DNA of 32,000 bases from an uncultured bacterium (GTDB taxonomy: Bacteria > Margulisbacteria > WOR-1 > CAVSGV01), in contig OY969425.1 in the NCBI GenBank assembly GCA_963699255.1, positions 1,200,001 to 1,232,000 of the forward strand, in the 5' to 3' direction. Each line of letters opens with the position of its first letter. Positions within the stretch are counted from its first letter, which is position 1. A program made the translations under genes and the position numbers. Positions 13,418-20,918 of the stretch are shown piece after piece. The notes under the pieces were generated by a model. That model was not told the DNA's origin. It saw only the letters and a program-made list of their open reading frames with translations, and made no database searches.

Positions 13418-14497
13418 ATGAAACAATACTTTATCAGTACTGCTAATTTTCAGGAATTGGTAAAAAAATTACTTAATGAATCGCCCGTTATCGCCCCCGT
13501 TAAATCTTTTAATAACCGCAATTTTGAGGAGATAAACGCGAAAAACCTCGAATGCATCGATATTTCCGGCTTCAGGACAGTGGAACCGTTCAAATCATAT
13601 CTTTTTAAATTGATCGAGAAAACCTCCGGATATTTTGGCAGCGACGAACCAACGCACGGGAAAGCGCTGACGATCATCGGCGCGCGGGGATGCGACCTTG
13701 AAGCGCTTGAGGTGCTGGACAGGGTCTTCGGCGAGGGCGACTTCAAGGATCCTTTCTATATATCCAGCCGCGAAAAGGTCCTTGTGATCGGGGCCGATTG
13801 CACCGACTGCGGGAAGACCTGTTTTTGCACCATGGTCAACGGCAAGCCGTATCCGGTCAAACTATTTGATCTGAACCTGTCCTCTATCAATGACGGATAT
13901 GTGGCGGCGGTCGGGTCAGATAAGGGCGGAAAGTTAATAGAAGACAATCCATTATTGTTCCTGCCGGCCACATCGATCTCCCTTGATGAAAAAGGGAAAA
14001 ATAGGGAAAAAACTATCGATCTGCTTGAGGAGAACAATAAAAACTTCAAGCTCAAACTTGACCTATCACTGACACATAAAAAGAACATTGAGAACAAGAT
14101 ATGGAAGGTCCTGACAAAGGACTGCGTTGAGTGCAGCGCCTGCAATTTTATTTGCCCCACCTGCACGTGTTTTCTCCTGCTTGACCAGAAAAATCCCCGA
14201 CACTCTGGTCGGAGCAAGGACGAGGCTGAGTACGAAAGATATAAGGTATGGGATGCGTGCCTTAAGGCCGGATACCAGAAAGTCGCCGGCGGAAGCAATC
14301 CCAGGGGCAGGCTTTCCGAGCGGCTCCAGAACAGGTATCATTGCAAATTCGATTACTCTTTTGACAGGCTGAACCGCTACACCTGCGTCGGATGCGGAAG
14401 GTGCATAGACGGGTGCGCGGGGAACATAGATATGCGGAAGATATTCGTCGAACTTGAGAAACAGGCGCCTCTGACGGCAAAACTGGAAGCACTATGA
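13418..14497 (+). CDS. Fe-S protein of the AsrA / sulfhydrogenase beta-subunit family
   Basis: CVECSACNFICPTCTCF and CVGCGRCIDGC are cluster motifs. The upstream GADCTDCGKTCFC is typical of AsrA/HydB-beta type proteins. I prefer the ATG at 13418 (MKQYF...) over the TTG at 13382. No clear RBS is visible. Confidence 0.7.
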   Translation: MKQYFISTANFQELVKKLLNESPVIAPVKSFNNRNFEEINAKNLECIDISGFRTVEPFKSYLFKLIEKTSGYFGSDEPTHGKALTIIGARGCDLEALEVLDRVFGEGDFKDPFYISSREKVLVIGADCTDCGKTCFCTMVNGKPYPVKLFDLNLSSINDGYVAAVGSDKGGKLIEDNPLLFLPATSISLDEKGKNREKTIDLLEENNKNFKLKLDLSLTHKKNIENKIWKVLTKDCVECSACNFICPTCTCFLLLDQKNPRHSGRSKDEAEYERYKVWDACLKAGYQKVAGGSNPRGRLSERLQNRYHCKFDYSFDRLNRYTCVGCGRCIDGCAGNIDMRKIFVELEKQAPLTAKLEAL

Positions 14498-15309
14498 ACG
14501 AAAATCCATACAGACCGGTAAAATCCAAGATCGAGGCGGTCATTACCGAGACCCCGACGATAAAGACCTTTGTCCTGAGGCCCGAGGAAAAGTTGTCTTT
14601 TGAATCGGGGCAGTTCATGCAGGTGACGGTACCGGGGATGGGCGAGTGCCCGTTCACGCCTTCTTCCGATCCCAAAAAAACAGATACCATCGAATTTACG
14701 ATAATGAAAGCCGGGAGCGTCACAAAGAGGCTCCACGAAATGAAGGAAGGCGAATATCTGGGAATACGGGGCCCTTACGGAAAGCCCTACCCTATCAGGG
14801 CCTTTTACGGAAAAGAAGTTTATGTCGTGGGCGGCGGCGTGGGACTGGCCCCGCTCAGGGCCCTTCTATTCGCGCTGTCCCACGAACTTGACCACCTGAA
14901 CAAGATAGAGGTCAGGTTCGGCGCGCGGACCCCGAGCGACATTTCGTACAAGAAAGCAATAGACGATTGGAGAAAATGGAAGAACACGAACATAGTCATC
15001 ACGGTGGATGCTTCTGAGCCGGGCTGGACCGGCAACGTCGGCTTGGTCACGACGATCCTGAAAGATGGCGATGTAAAAGTAAATAATGCCGTTGCCATAC
15101 TCTGCGGACCGCCAATTATGATGAAGTTCGCGAACAAAAGACTTCTCGACATGGGGTTTGACCCGAAGGGCATCTATCTGTCAATGGAAAAGAACATGAG
15201 CTGCGGCATAGGAAAATGTTTTCACTGCAACCTTGGGAAGTATTTTTGCTGCAAGGACGGCCCCGTGTTCACATGGGACCAGATTAAGGACATACCCGAA
15301 CCATGGTAG
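14494..15309 (+). CDS. FAD/NAD(P)-binding [2Fe-2S] oxidoreductase of the AsrB / sulfhydrogenase gamma / PyrK-like family
   Basis: 271 aa. GQFMQV...PFTPSS forms the flavin-binding barrel and VVGGGVGLAPL the NAD(P) fold. The C-terminal MSCGIGKCFHCNLGKYFCCKDGPVF is a 2Fe-2S motif. The start overlaps the upstream stop (ATGA). Confidence 0.8.
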   Translation: MNENPYRPVKSKIEAVITETPTIKTFVLRPEEKLSFESGQFMQVTVPGMGECPFTPSSDPKKTDTIEFTIMKAGSVTKRLHEMKEGEYLGIRGPYGKPYPIRAFYGKEVYVVGGGVGLAPLRALLFALSHELDHLNKIEVRFGARTPSDISYKKAIDDWRKWKNTNIVITVDASEPGWTGNVGLVTTILKDGDVKVNNAVAILCGPPIMMKFANKRLLDMGFDPKGIYLSMEKNMSCGIGKCFHCNLGKYFCCKDGPVFTWDQIKDIPEPW

Positions 15310-16727
15310 ATAAAAGAAAGACCACATGCCTTTTTTGTTCGCTCGGCTGCGGAGTGGCGTTCAGGACCGCAGCCGGACAGATCACAGCCATTGATTATGA
15401 CAGGGATAACCCGATCAATCAGGGTTCTCTTTGCCCCCGGGGTTATTACAATCTTGAGCTCATCAACCATCCGCAAAGGCTGACCCAGCCGCAGATCGGT
15501 AAAAGGAAAGTTTCATGGGATGAGGCGATCTCCTCCGCAAAAAGAGAGATGAAAAAGTTCGATCCCTCGTCCATCGGGATAGCGTTGTCCTCCATGGCAA
15601 GTAATGAGGATGCTTACGCGGCTTGCCTCATGGCGAATTCGATGGGAATAAAGAAAGTTTCATCGGTCGGGGATCCCGCAGATATCGAAGCGTTCGAGGG
15701 GGACAGATGGAGCGTTGAAGGATCGTCCCTTGAGAACATCGAGGGGATCGGCGGCCGCGACGCACTTCTGATAATTGGCGATATTCTGACCCGTTCGCCT
15801 GTGCTTTCAAAGTGGATCAACAAGGTTAAATACGGAAAAAGAGGCAATCAGATCATAGTGATCGATCCCAACACATCCCACACTTCCTGGTTCGCGACAA
15901 CGCACTTGAAAAACAGGCCGGGAACTGATGCGATCCTGATGGCCGCGATCCTGAAGGTGATCGCGGAGGAGAACAAAAGAGGGAGCATCGACATTGACCT
16001 GCAGAACGTCGCTCAGACCGTCGGGATCCCCGCTGAAGCAATAATCAGGGCGGCAAAGTCTTTTGACGAGGCGGAGTCGGGAACGATAATATTCGCGCCG
16101 GGAAGGAACATCCAGAGGAACGATCTGGTCCAATATTTTGTCAAAGCGGCTTCGAGCTTTTCGATCAATAAAAAGCACATTACTTTCTACAGCTTCGGCA
16201 ATGCTTTCGGCGTCAACACGATAATTGATTCGATGGTGGAAGGTCGGGAAAAGGGCATCAGCGGCGCAAAAGCCTTGATCTCTCTGGGTGAAAATGCCTT
16301 TGTTCCTGGAGTCAAGTTCACCGTATTATCAACTTACTTTGCGCCTGATGCGCTCGATGAAAGCACGGTCGTTCTTCCATTAGCCAGTCACATGGAGAGG
16401 AAGGGCAATGTGACCATGGCAGGGGGAAGGAACGTGAATTTCAAGCCGATAGTCCATAAGGTTGGCGGCAGGTCAAATGTGAAGATCATAAATTCCCTCG
16501 CTGATATAAAAATGGATTTTGACGAGATCCTGGCTCAGACAAGCCGGGTCCTCGCCCTAGGCATGAAAGTGGAGAAAGTCGACCTGAAACAGAAGATATC
16601 CGAGGCGCGGGATATCGCAGCAAGGCCTTCCGCCGCGGCAGAGAACATAACGCATTTCGGCAACAACGAGCTTGTTAAGAGGTTCTTCTGGTACAGGGTC
16701 AATAACAAAACCGGGGAGATGACATGA
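15303..16727 (+). CDS. Short molybdopterin-oxidoreductase (MopB)-like protein with an N-terminal [4Fe-4S] motif, no recognisable active-site Cys/Sec and no C-terminal MGD-binding barrel
   Basis: 474 aa. The sequence CLFCSLGCGV...LCPRG gives the CX2CX3C...C pattern. NEDAYAACLMANSMGIKKVSSVGDPAD stands where FdhH-type enzymes carry the ...R(I/L)(C/U)H segment. Only five Cys are present in total, and there is no in-frame TGA. Confidence 0.7.
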   Translation: MVDKRKTTCLFCSLGCGVAFRTAAGQITAIDYDRDNPINQGSLCPRGYYNLELINHPQRLTQPQIGKRKVSWDEAISSAKREMKKFDPSSIGIALSSMASNEDAYAACLMANSMGIKKVSSVGDPADIEAFEGDRWSVEGSSLENIEGIGGRDALLIIGDILTRSPVLSKWINKVKYGKRGNQIIVIDPNTSHTSWFATTHLKNRPGTDAILMAAILKVIAEENKRGSIDIDLQNVAQTVGIPAEAIIRAAKSFDEAESGTIIFAPGRNIQRNDLVQYFVKAASSFSINKKHITFYSFGNAFGVNTIIDSMVEGREKGISGAKALISLGENAFVPGVKFTVLSTYFAPDALDESTVVLPLASHMERKGNVTMAGGRNVNFKPIVHKVGGRSNVKIINSLADIKMDFDEILAQTSRVLALGMKVEKVDLKQKISEARDIAARPSAAAENITHFGNNELVKRFFWYRVNNKTGEMT

Positions 16728-17260
16728 CACAACAGCCGGATGTGAGGATCGATTCCGCGGTGCCGCGAGAAAAGTTCAACGGCAAAAGGGTCTATTTGAA
16801 CCTAGACCTTTGCTGCGGCTGCAGAAGCTGCGCCGCGGCCTGCGCGTACGGGCACCACATTCAGTCCCTTTTGGGCCACGGCAAGCTCGAGACTGAAGCA
16901 GAACTTCCTCTGCACTGCCTGCACTGCGATCAGCCGGCCTGCGCCGCTGCATGCCCTAATGAAGCAATGAAGAAAATGGACGATGGGATCGTCCTGAGAA
17001 GCCATTTTAAATGCGTCGGCTGCGGCTCATGCGCCGTAGCCTGCCCCTTCGGAGTGATCCATCCGGACCTCACAAAGCATATGGTCCCTAAATGCGATCT
17101 CTGCATCGATCGCCTGGCCGAAAGCGAGATACCCAGATGCGTGCAGAGCTGCACATCCGGAGCCCTTACTTTTGAGGAGATAGATGAGCAGGTAGTGGAT
17201 GAGAAAAAGAACCTGGCTTCTGTAAGGATACTTTCCAATTTTATCGGAAGGAGGAGATGA
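16724..17260 (+). CDS. HycB / DmsB-type multi-[4Fe-4S] ferredoxin subunit
   Basis: 178 aa with four Cys groups: CCGCRSCAAAC, CLHCDQPACAAACP, CVGCGSCAVACP and CDLC...CVQSC. Confidence 0.85.
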   Translation: MTQQPDVRIDSAVPREKFNGKRVYLNLDLCCGCRSCAAACAYGHHIQSLLGHGKLETEAELPLHCLHCDQPACAAACPNEAMKKMDDGIVLRSHFKCVGCGSCAVACPFGVIHPDLTKHMVPKCDLCIDRLAESEIPRCVQSCTSGALTFEEIDEQVVDEKKNLASVRILSNFIGRRR

Positions 17261-17940
17261 TGATGGCAAAACCTGAAGAACACATGGATAAAGCGTGCGT
17301 CTGTCTTCGGGAAGGCAAGTTCCGCGACGCGATAAAAGAATATCAGGAGGCGCTCCGGATAGACCCGAACAATGCGATAGCCCACAGATCTTTGGGGAGC
17401 TTATATTACCGTCAAACTATGCTCGATGAATCGATCGCCGAATTCAACAAGGCTATCCAGTTGAATCCGAACTATTCTGACGCTCATTACGAACTGGGGG
17501 TCTCGCTTTACAGGAGAGGAAGACTTGAGGAAGCGGTCAGATCGTTCGATGAGGCGCTGAGGATCAATCCTAATTTTCTGATCGCGAGATACTGGTTGGG
17601 TCTCTCATATTATTATATCGGAAAGCTTAATGAGGCAATAAAGGAATTCGATGCGGTAATAGACAAAGGGCCGAAGATAGAGATAGCCCATTACCACCTC
17701 GGCTCGGCTCTGGAGCAGGAAGGGAAGTTCGATGAAGCTATCCGGCAGTTCGAGGAGTTCGTAAAGGAGGTCCCGGAAAGCGCGGCGGCATACTATCACC
17801 TGGGGGTGAATTACTACAATAAGGGCGACGTCGAAAAGGCGATCGTAAATTTTAAAAAAGCGGTCGAGATCGATCCTTCGGATGAGCGGGCGAGAAAAAA
17901 TCTTTCAATGCTGGAGGACCTAAGGAGCCAGTTTTTTTAG
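17257..17940 (+). CDS. TPR-repeat protein (about 6 repeats) embedded in the hydrogenase operon
   Basis: 227 aa. TPR signatures recur, for example AIKEYQEALRIDPNNAIAH, AIAEFNKAIQLNPNYSDAHY and AVRSFDEALRINPNF. The ATG overlaps the upstream TGA, and the stop abuts the next ATG. Confidence 0.85.
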   Translation: MMMAKPEEHMDKACVCLREGKFRDAIKEYQEALRIDPNNAIAHRSLGSLYYRQTMLDESIAEFNKAIQLNPNYSDAHYELGVSLYRRGRLEEAVRSFDEALRINPNFLIARYWLGLSYYYIGKLNEAIKEFDAVIDKGPKIEIAHYHLGSALEQEGKFDEAIRQFEEFVKEVPESAAAYYHLGVNYYNKGDVEKAIVNFKKAVEIDPSDERARKNLSMLEDLRSQFF

Positions 17941-18870
17941 ATGATTGAATTCCTTTATTACATTTTGGTAATGCCGGGTTTTCTCTTCACGGCTTTCACA
18001 GGTCTGCTATCTACCTGGGTTGACCGCAAAGTGACCGCCAGATTGCAGTGGAGGCAGGGCCCTCCTATATTTCAACCGTTCGCGGATATCCTCAAACTGC
18101 TCGGTAAGGAAATAATGATCCCTGAAGGAGCCTCAAAGCTGGTCTTCCTGTCCGCGCCCCTCATCGGAATTGCGGCTGTAACGCTGGTTTCAACTATGTT
18201 ATGGATATTGAATATAAATATATATGGAAGTTTTGTCGGAGACCTTATCGTTATATATTACATGCTGATGATCCCATCGCTTGCCCTGATCATCGGCGGG
18301 TCGGCTTCAAGGAATCCGTTCTCGGCGATCGGAGCAAGCCGTGAAATGAAGCTTATCCTTGCTTATGAACTCCCTTTCATTATCGCGATAGCAACCGTCA
18401 TCGCGAGAACAGGTTCGATAATCATGGGAGATATTATCGGCTATCAATCCATGCACGGAATGATGATCGGGAGCTTCTCGGGCATCATCGCCTTTTTTGT
18501 GTCCCTGCTTGTGGTACAGGCAAAGCTGGGGTTCGTGCCTTTTGATGCATCGGAAGCCGAACAGGAAATAATGGCCGGCACTCTCCTCGAATACAGCGGC
18601 GCGCCGCTCGCGGCCTTCAAACTGACAAAGGCGATGCTTCTGTTCACTCTGCCGGTGCTGCTTATAACCCTGTTCCTTGGCGGGATCGATACCTATTCGC
18701 TTGCGGGCGCTCTCTGGTTCGTCTTAAAGTATTTCGTGATCCTGACGCTGATCATACTCATCAAGAACACCAATCCGAGGATCAGGATAGATCAGGCGGT
18801 CCGCTTTTTCTGGGGCCCGGTGACCGTTCTGGCCGTTATCGGATTCGTTCTCGCTATGATAGGAAGGTAA
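17941..18870 (+). CDS. Membrane subunit of group 4 [NiFe]-hydrogenase, NuoH / HycD / MbhM-like
   Basis: 309 aa and polytopic. The N-terminal WVDRKVTARLQWRQGPPIFQPFADILKLLGKE is the NuoH-family signature. Confidence 0.9.
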   Translation: MIEFLYYILVMPGFLFTAFTGLLSTWVDRKVTARLQWRQGPPIFQPFADILKLLGKEIMIPEGASKLVFLSAPLIGIAAVTLVSTMLWILNINIYGSFVGDLIVIYYMLMIPSLALIIGGSASRNPFSAIGASREMKLILAYELPFIIAIATVIARTGSIIMGDIIGYQSMHGMMIGSFSGIIAFFVSLLVVQAKLGFVPFDASEAEQEIMAGTLLEYSGAPLAAFKLTKAMLLFTLPVLLITLFLGGIDTYSLAGALWFVLKYFVILTLIILIKNTNPRIRIDQAVRFFWGPVTVLAVIGFVLAMIGR

Positions 18871-18871
18871 A

Positions 18872-19288
18872 ATGGCGGATCTTTATAAATGGGGATTGAA
18901 AAAATCTCCCTGGGTTTTTCACCTGGGCGCTTCGGCGTGCAATAACTGCGACATAGAGATTCTGGACACGCTCACGCCGAGATTCGACGTGGAGAGGTTC
19001 GGGATAACGCTCGTCGGCTCCCCCAGGCACGCGGATATCCTGGTCGTTTCCGGTATAGTGAACCGCCAATCCATTGAACGGTTCAGGAAGGTCTATGATT
19101 CCGTGCCGAAGCCGAAGGCCGTTGTCGCCATCGGGGTCTGTGCTTGCACCGCGGACATGTTCCGCGACAGCTATAATTTCGTTAAGCCCGTGGATGAGAT
19201 AATACCGGTGGATGTTTACGTGCCCGGATGCCCGCCCAAGCCGGAGGCGATAATATCGGGTATAATAAAGGCTCTGGAGAAAATATAG
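18872..19288 (+). CDS. [NiFe]-hydrogenase small subunit, NuoB / HycG / MbhJ-like
   Basis: 138 aa. Cluster ligands are SACNNCDIEIL, GVCACTADMF and PGCPPKPEA. An AGGAAGG RBS lies upstream. Confidence 0.9.
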   Translation: MADLYKWGLKKSPWVFHLGASACNNCDIEILDTLTPRFDVERFGITLVGSPRHADILVVSGIVNRQSIERFRKVYDSVPKPKAVVAIGVCACTADMFRDSYNFVKPVDEIIPVDVYVPGCPPKPEAIISGIIKALEKI

Positions 19289-19740
19289 TGAACGTATCAG
19301 AAAATATCAAGAACAAGTTCAAAGACAAAGTCGAGATCTTTGTGAAATCAAAGAAAAGGACATATGTCAATGTTGCTAGAGATGACGCCAAGGACATCGT
19401 CCGCTACATATTCAGCAACATGGGTGCAAGGTTCTCGATAGCCACGGCGATCGATACCCGTCTTGGAGTAGAGATCATTTACCATATGGCTTTTGATAAG
19501 GACGACATGATCGTTTCGGTAAAGACCCTGGTAGCCAAACCGGAGCTTGAGATGCCCACTTTCACGGACATCATTCCGGCAACCGAGTGGATCGAGAGAG
19601 AGATACACGAAATGTTCGGAGTTGTTTTCATCGGCCATCCGAGGCTCGAGAGACTCTTGCTTCCCGACGACTGGGAAGAAGGCGTATATCCCTTCCGGAA
19701 GAAAACGTTCGAATCCGAAAAGGAGAATCCAGAAAAATAA
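19288..19740 (+). CDS. NuoC / MbhK-like hydrogenase subunit
   Basis: I prefer the GTG at 19288, which overlaps the upstream TAG by 1 nt and has GGAGA 7 nt upstream. The motif ATEWIEREIHEMFGVVFIGHP is NuoC-type. The track start at 19228 lies inside the small-subunit gene. Confidence 0.8.
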   Translation: MNVSENIKNKFKDKVEIFVKSKKRTYVNVARDDAKDIVRYIFSNMGARFSIATAIDTRLGVEIIYHMAFDKDDMIVSVKTLVAKPELEMPTFTDIIPATEWIEREIHEMFGVVFIGHPRLERLLLPDDWEEGVYPFRKKTFESEKENPEK

Positions 19741-19742
19741 CC

Positions 19743-20918
19743 ATGGCAAAAGAAAATCTTATACCGATAGGGCCTTTTCATCCGCTTCTTGAGGAGCCGG
19801 AATACTTCAAGTTCTATGTGGAAGGGGAAAAAGTGGTCGACGCGGACGTGAGGATCGGCTACAACCACAGAGGGATCGAAAAGCTTGCCGAGTCAAAGAC
19901 TTACGAACAGGATGTCTTCCTTGTTGAGAGGATATGCGGGATATGCTCGACCTCCCATCCTTTTGCCTTTGTACAGGCGGCCGAGGACGTCTCCGGCATC
20001 GAAGTACCGGAAAGGGCGCAGTATATCAGGACGATAATAGGAGAGCTTGAGAGGATCCACAGCCACCTGCTCTGGGTAGGCCTGGCTGCACATTTCATCG
20101 GCTACAACACGGTTTTCATGTGGGCATGGAAATACCGCGAACCGGTGCTTGATATATTTGAAGTTGTTTCAGGCAATCGCAACCATTACGGCATGTTCAA
20201 GGTTGGAGGTGTGAGAAGGGACATATTTGAGAAGGACATTCCGGGACTGCTGAAAGCCGTTGATGACGTCGAGAAATTCTGTTCGATGCTCGTTAAAGCA
20301 GTGATGGATGATCCGGTCATCCGGGCCAGGACGAAGGGTATCGGCATTTTGAAAAAGAAGGACGCCGCCGATCTTTGCGTGGTCGGGCCGGTCGCCCGTG
20401 CATCAGGGATCGAGATCGACATCAGAAAAGACCATCCATATGCGGCTTACGACAAGGTCTGTTTTGACAAGGTCGTCATGAAGGATGGGGATGTGTTCTC
20501 CAAGACAGCTGTAAGGCTACTTGAAACCCTCCAATCGGTGAACATAATCAGGCAGTGCTTAAAAAGCATGCCGCAGGGGCCTATTGATGCGGATATAAGA
20601 GAGATAGGCACAGGCGAAGGAATAGGACAGCATGAAGCGCCGCGAGGCGAAGTGATACACTATATCAGGTCCAATGGCTCCAATTATCCCGAGAGGCATA
20701 AGATACGCGCGCCTTCTTTCATGAACGTTCCCTCGTTCAAGAAAACCGTTATCGGCGAGTCGATCGCGGACGCGGCGCTGATAACCGCCGCGGTCGATCC
20801 CTGCTACTGCTGCACGGAGAGGATGGTCGTCGTCGACCGTGAAACGAACAGGACGCTTAAGACCGGTGAAGAGCTTGTCAGGCTCTGCCAGGAAAAAACG
20901 GAGAAAATGATGAAATGA
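19743..20918 (+). CDS. Group 4 [NiFe]-hydrogenase large (catalytic) subunit, NuoD / HycE C-terminal / MbhL-like
   Basis: The likely start is the ATG at 19743 (MAKENLIPIGPFHP). The N-terminal Ni-Fe ligand motif RICGICSTSH and the C-terminal DPCYCCTER motif are both intact. About 30 residues follow the C-terminal motif, which looks like a protease-cleavable extension. The track's 19587 start lies inside the upstream gene. Confidence 0.9.
   Translation: MAKENLIPIGPFHPLLEEPEYFKFYVEGEKVVDADVRIGYNHRGIEKLAESKTYEQDVFLVERICGICSTSHPFAFVQAAEDVSGIEVPERAQYIRTIIGELERIHSHLLWVGLAAHFIGYNTVFMWAWKYREPVLDIFEVVSGNRNHYGMFKVGGVRRDIFEKDIPGLLKAVDDVEKFCSMLVKAVMDDPVIRARTKGIGILKKKDAADLCVVGPVARASGIEIDIRKDHPYAAYDKVCFDKVVMKDGDVFSKTAVRLLETLQSVNIIRQCLKSMPQGPIDADIREIGTGEGIGQHEAPRGEVIHYIRSNGSNYPERHKIRAPSFMNVPSFKKTVIGESIADAALITAAVDPCYCCTERMVVVDRETNRTLKTGEELVRLCQEKTEKMMK

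Noticed and set aside
13418-15309. Could the AsrA/AsrB-like pair or any other gene here be the missing [FeFe] hydrogenase HydA or the scaffold HydF?
   Set aside because: No H-cluster signature motifs (of the TSCCP type) and no GTPase P-loop protein were seen in any of the six frames. The Cys patterns match AsrA/AsrB-type FeS/flavin proteins instead.
15303-16727. Possibility of a selenocysteine-containing formate dehydrogenase
   Set aside because: The ORF is uninterrupted, with no in-frame TGA and no SECIS-like hairpin context. The segment corresponding to the active site has neither Cys nor a stop codon.
19587-19742. Upstream extension of the large-subunit ORF (track start 19587) and of the NuoC-like ORF (track start 19228)
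   Set aside because: Both extensions lie inside the preceding genes in other frames and encode Arg/Ser-rich junk. Conserved N-termini and RBS-linked starts at 19743 and 19288 fit better.
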